48,914 nucleotides of DNA from a phage: the sequence record PZ445533.1; one strand, given 5' to 3'. Positions 45,700 to 48,914 of the stretch are shown one piece after another (the first letter of the stretch is position 1; the number at the start of each line of letters is the position of its first letter). The position numbers and the translations under genes were made by a program. The notes beneath the pieces were generated by a model, which was given only the letters and a program-made list of their open reading frames with translations, ran no database searches and was not told the DNA's origin.

Positions 45700-45990
45700 A
45701 TGGCAACTATGCGAAAAATGCTTATCAATGGCTTTGAAAGAGAAATTCGCCGTCGAGGCTGGGATGATTCTAAAAATTCACCTTACACTATCAATCGCGG
45801 AGAGTATAAATCAGTTCGACATTTTGCACGATGCCTGGCTGGATGCTACGACCTGGAGCATCCTTTCCCGTTCATGAACGAAACGCTAACCGAAATGATG
45901 GAAGAGGCCGCAACTCAAGATCGACCATTGACGCAACATGATTTTGATGAGTTTGCGCACTGGGAAATCGAATGTGCGCTATATAAATAG
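45700..45990 (+). CDS. Hypothetical protein
   Basis: 96 aa, AGGAGAA RBS; stop TAG within motif. Confidence 0.55.
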   Translation: MATMRKMLINGFEREIRRRGWDDSKNSPYTINRGEYKSVRHFARCLAGCYDLEHPFPFMNETLTEMMEEAATQDRPLTQHDFDEFAHWEIECALYK

Positions 45991-46050
45991 CACTTTTTGT
46001 TAAAACCAGCTTCGGCTGGTTTTGTATTATATGCGCATCGACAACAGAGG
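45985..46050 (+). promoter_or_regulatory. Motif cassette
   Basis: Motif with TAG stop, hairpin CCAGCTTCGGCTGG + T-run, TATTAT, CATCGACAACAGAGGAGG. Confidence 0.5.
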
Positions 46051-46060
46051 AGGCCGGAAC

Positions 46061-46246
46061 ATGGCAACGCTGACAGTTAAAACAAAATTTTCCGTTATGA
46101 AGTTCGAATGTGAGCAATACAATTACAAGAAAGGTGGCAGCTTCGGAACGCTGGTTACATACGACAAAGAAGGTCGACAACTTGAAGTGGTGACAATAGG
46201 TAATGCGCTAGGCGGCGAGAATCCACAATTTCAGTTTGAGGGATAA
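46061..46246 (+). CDS. Hypothetical protein
   Basis: 61 aa from ATG 46061 with AGGAGG RBS downstream of motif cassette. Confidence 0.5.
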   Translation: MATLTVKTKFSVMKFECEQYNYKKGGSFGTLVTYDKEGRQLEVVTIGNALGGENPQFQFEG

Positions 46247-46249
46247 GTG

Positions 46250-46498
46250 ATGAAAGATAAAAGTTTTGTAGGCCATGTTCGCGTTAAGTTAATCAATGTT
46301 GACTATCGTCCAGATCCAGAATCACCTACATTGCGCGAGTGGGCTGGATTCGAAAACGGAAAGGAAATGGTTGTAGAGCTTTATAAAGACGGTGAGATGT
46401 GGGCTATGGCTGGCGTTAACCGTAGCGGCGAATTTGGCGAAGTGAAGGAAACAGATTGGTTTAGTTTGACAAACGAAGAAGCGGAGATTATCGAATGA
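46250..46498 (+). CDS. Hypothetical protein
   Basis: 82 aa; GAGGGATAA RBS; coupled to neighbours. Confidence 0.5.
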   Translation: MKDKSFVGHVRVKLINVDYRPDPESPTLREWAGFENGKEMVVELYKDGEMWAMAGVNRSGEFGEVKETDWFSLTNEEAEIIE

Positions 46499-46803
46499 TT
46501 ACGATCAACCTTTCAGAAGAGCAAGCGCGCATTATGTTAGCGGCCTTTGGTTGGCGAGATGATAACGGTATTCAGGCAACGGTTAAAATTCCTGAGACTG
46601 TAGCGCGTGAAGTTTTTAACCAGCTTGAACACGCATTTGTTCCCGCTGGTTCTGATCAGGCAGAAACAGCGGCATGGTTTGGTGAGAATGGCTACCGAGA
46701 TCAGCAGGTTGAGGACTGGAAGCGAAAGAATGAAAGCATGGAGTCGGCATTTGCTGATTACGTTCAATCAGTTGCAAATCACGTATCGGAGAAATACAAA
46801 TGA
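46495..46803 (+). CDS. Hypothetical protein
   Basis: 102 aa; ATGA overlaps at both ends. Confidence 0.5.
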   Translation: MITINLSEEQARIMLAAFGWRDDNGIQATVKIPETVAREVFNQLEHAFVPAGSDQAETAAWFGENGYRDQQVEDWKRKNESMESAFADYVQSVANHVSEKYK

Positions 46804-47114
46804 TTTACATTCACTACTACCAAATCGGAACAAACGAGAACAAAAAAGAGCATCGTTTCATTCATGATGATTTTGACAAGGCAAAGGCGCAGCAACAGGT
46901 TTTAGGCGGTGTCATTCAGGCTTTTGAGCCTGTAGAAGATATTGAGCACCGCGATCATTTAAAAGATATTGTCATTGATGAGATCTCTTGCTTGATTGAC
47001 GATATGACAAATCACGGCCCTGGTTCCCCGTGGGAAGATGCAGGATCTGTAACGTGGGACAAGGCAAAAGTTAAGACGCTAAACAACTTTCGGGAGATTC
47101 TCGACGGTTTTTAA
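46800..47114 (+). CDS. Hypothetical acidic protein
   Basis: 104 aa; ATGA overlap. Confidence 0.5.
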   Translation: MIYIHYYQIGTNENKKEHRFIHDDFDKAKAQQQVLGGVIQAFEPVEDIEHRDHLKDIVIDEISCLIDDMTNHGPGSPWEDAGSVTWDKAKVKTLNNFREILDGF

Positions 47115-47184
47115 TTAAAAACACATAGCCGCTAGAGCGCCTCAGTAGCATTCTAACGAGTTATTTTTTAAGTAAGGTGATTTT

Positions 47185-47313
47185 ATGGGTGAGTACAAGC
47201 AGCCTTCGCAGTGGTGCAAAGAGAAGCAGGAGGAGGCATTGGAGCGCGGAGAAGTAGAAGAAGCCATGAACTATTTCAAACTTGCGGAAGAATGGAAGGG
47301 GAGAGGATACTGA
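47185..47313 (+). CDS. Small ORF (42 aa, uncertain)
   Basis: AAGGTGA RBS 5 nt upstream of ATG 47185; TGA overlaps ATG of next ORF. Confidence 0.3.
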   Translation: MGEYKQPSQWCKEKQEEALERGEVEEAMNYFKLAEEWKGRGY

Positions 47314-47543
47314 TGTTCGGTATGAATGAGGCGCAATTCAACGCAGCTAAACGCCAGGCTAAAAAGTGCGGCGAGGCCATGAAAGCGGATGTAGAAAAGC
47401 GCGGGAAGTATGTTGATGAAGTAATGAAGAGCATCATTGCAGAGCACTACCAACCAATCGCGCCAATGTTGACGATCACGCAATTTATCTGGCTGTGCGG
47501 TTACTTGCGCGGGCGGTGGGGCAATGCTTTCGACCGCGAATGA
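47313..47543 (+). CDS. Hypothetical protein
   Basis: 76 aa from ATG overlapping upstream stop; GGAGAGGA RBS. Confidence 0.45.
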   Translation: MFGMNEAQFNAAKRQAKKCGEAMKADVEKRGKYVDEVMKSIIAEHYQPIAPMLTITQFIWLCGYLRGRWGNAFDRE

Positions 47544-47572
47544 TTGACAACGTTGTCATGATTGGATAGCAT
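47544..47572 (+). promoter_or_regulatory. Promoter candidate TTGACA-17-TAGCAT with embedded 14-bp perfect palindrome TGACAACGTTGTCA
   Basis: TTGACA 47544-47549, spacer 17, TAGCAT 47567-47572; palindrome 47545-47558 overlaps -35. Confidence 0.4.
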
Positions 47573-47635
47573 CAATCCCGTAAACGTAAGAGCGGCCTTG
47601 CTGCCGAACGCGTGACGCGATAGTCACAAACAACG

Positions 47636-47682
47636 GCGCTATGCTGGGACACTGTAAGACGTAGCGCCTTTTTTTACGGAGC
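47636..47682 (+). terminator. Hairpin + T7 downstream of palindromic promoter candidate
   Basis: GGCGCTA ... TAGCGCC then TTTTTTT. Confidence 0.5.
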
Positions 47683-47689
47683 AAATAAA

Positions 47690-47923
47690 ATGCAAAAGTT
47701 CAAACTTACAATTGCCTTTCGCGATGAGGTCATTCATCCTTTCTACGGTAGCTTTGATAAATGCTTTACGGTAGAAGTCACAGAAAATCAGCTTAATGGT
47801 GATGATACGTGTATTTCTATCGGTGATGTTGCCTACCCGATTCATAATATTACTTGCATTAAGCGTGAGGTTATCGCCAGTGATTTACAAGGTGAAACTA
47901 ACGATTCGACGGATGGGGCGTAA
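47690..47923 (+). CDS. Hypothetical protein
   Basis: 77 aa, ACGGAG RBS directly after terminator. Confidence 0.5.
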   Translation: MQKFKLTIAFRDEVIHPFYGSFDKCFTVEVTENQLNGDDTCISIGDVAYPIHNITCIKREVIASDLQGETNDSTDGA

Positions 47924-48061
47924 TTGCTCCTCTTGCAAACAAGATTTTGAATGTGAGGTTGCGGCCTTTAATGCAGAGCACGCCGTTAACCTTGCAAAAC
48001 GCCTTTCAGGGGCGAATCCTGAAACACATCAATTTTCCATTAACTTTGTAAAGGAAATGTC

Positions 48062-48304
48062 ATGAGTACGTTACTATTTGTTTTAAGTTATATCCTCACC
48101 TTTATTGCTGGCGCATTTGCATGGGGATGCCTGACGTCAGTCGCAATAGCTCATCTTGCACGTAAAGGCAAGGCGGCGTTTGCCATTTACTCAAGCAAGG
48201 ATGAGAAATGGCATGTTCGCGGTCGATACCTGCGGATCGGACAGGAAATTCACAAGCACATCAAAGCAATGGACGGAAAAGTGGAATACAAATTGCTTGA
48301 GTGA
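48062..48304 (+). CDS. Small membrane protein (N-terminal TM helix)
   Basis: 80 aa; hydrophobic N-terminus LLFVLSYILTFIAGAFAWGCL; followed by terminator. Confidence 0.5.
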   Translation: MSTLLFVLSYILTFIAGAFAWGCLTSVAIAHLARKGKAAFAIYSSKDEKWHVRGRYLRIGQEIHKHIKAMDGKVEYKLLE

Positions 48305-48312
48305 CGAAAAAC

Positions 48313-48338
48313 AGCCCGCCTTTATGGCGGGTTTTTTA
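48313..48338 (+). terminator. Rho-independent terminator before terS promoter
   Basis: CCCGCC TTTAT GGCGGG plus TTTTTT. Confidence 0.65.
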
Positions 48339-48359
48339 TTGCCCGTTGTCTGGTATAAT
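48331..48359 (+). promoter_or_regulatory. Extended -10 promoter candidate (TGGTATAAT) upstream of terS
   Basis: TGnTATAAT-type element at 48351-48359 just downstream of terminator hairpin. Confidence 0.4.
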
Positions 48360-48387
48360 CAGGCATCTAACCAAAGGAGGATTAACA

Positions 48388-48914
48388 ATGGCTAAAAACG
48401 TTGAGCCTGCTGTAAAGGCATTAAATTTCAAAGAGTTATACAATAAAACTTATGGCGATATTGTCACGCTAAACAACCGCCACAAGTACACGCCGGAACA
48501 GGTTTTTGACATGGCGATCCGCTATTTCACTTGGGCCGAAGAGAATCACATTCAGGCGGCTGAAACTGCTTCCTTTCAGGGTGACGTGTACGAGAGCAGA
48601 GTTTACAAGCCTCGCGTTTTCACGGTTAACGGATTCAGCTTGTATCTCGGCGTTACTGAGGCGGCTGTAAGCAAGTGGCGTAAAGAGCCTGGATTCTGCG
48701 ATGTGATGGAGTTTGTTGATAAAGTAATTTACGAGCAAAAATTCCAGCTTGCGGCAAATAACATGATTAATGCTGGATTTATCGGTAAAGAGATCGGCGT
48801 AGAGAAGCCAGCAACAGTGAGCGTTGAAGCTAGCGCGGCAGCTAATGCAAGCATTGACGCAGTAACTGCCGATGAGGTGAAAGAGGCTGTTATTGATATT
48901 CTGGAGCAACTTTA
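48388..48914 (+). CDS. terS: Terminase small subunit, 3'-partial (runs off window end)
   Basis: Own translation MAKNVEPAVKALNFKELYNKTYGDIVTL... open to the last base; AAGGAGG RBS; extended -10 promoter upstream; position immediately before terL. Confidence 0.65.
   Translation, partial: MAKNVEPAVKALNFKELYNKTYGDIVTLNNRHKYTPEQVFDMAIRYFTWAEENHIQAAETASFQGDVYESRVYKPRVFTVNGFSLYLGVTEAAVSKWRKEPGFCDVMEFVDKVIYEQKFQLAANNMINAGFIGKEIGVEKPATVSVEASAAANASIDAVTADEVKEAVIDILEQL

Noticed and set aside
48469-48909. Minus-strand 146-aa ORF at the window end
   Set aside because: Antisense to the terS-like + strand ORF, which has RBS, promoter and terminase-like sequence; the minus ORF is a shadow frame.

Overview
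The window reads as an essentially complete ~48.9-kb genome of a virulent T1-like siphovirus (Drexlerviridae-like, enterobacterial host), linearised at the start of the large terminase gene. All calls are made by eye from the sequence and ORF track; no database search or folding was run. Layout: (+) 1-19.5 kb terminase, portal, head, connector and tail genes with a lambda-like M-L-K-I-J tail tip; (-) 19.5-20.7 kb cor-like lipoprotein operon; (+) 21.2-23.5 kb recombination module (PD-(D/E)XK exonuclease, Erf, SSB); (-) 23.5-28.1 kb tail-fibre locus, primase, Cro-like HTH protein; (+) 28.1-34.6 kb SF2 helicase, VRR-NUC, Dam-type methyltransferase, HTH-metallophosphoesterase, lysis cassette with SAR endolysin and unimolecular spanin; (-) 34.6-40.9 kb about 17 small accessory genes including a P-loop ATPase and a compact C5-cytosine methyltransferase; (+) 41.5-48.3 kb small early genes, lipoprotein, HNH endonuclease, HAD phosphatase, dNMP-kinase-like protein; the small terminase ORF runs off the 3' end. 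No integrase, repressor, tRNA or CRISPR array was seen. The most striking unexplained signal is a ~21-bp motif (AAATAGCACTTTTTGTTAAAA, TAG often serving as the upstream stop codon) present in 17 copies, 13 of them in a conserved cassette (motif, GC hairpin, -10-like hexamer about 22 nt after TTGNTA, CATCGAAACGAAC-like tract, RBS) directly upstream of genes. Other leads: two homologous AT-rich divergent control regions, a candidate anti-restriction operon (acidic Cys-knuckle protein plus C5-MTase), a P-loop ATPase two-gene module, and a promoter-terminator pair carrying a perfect 14-bp palindrome.
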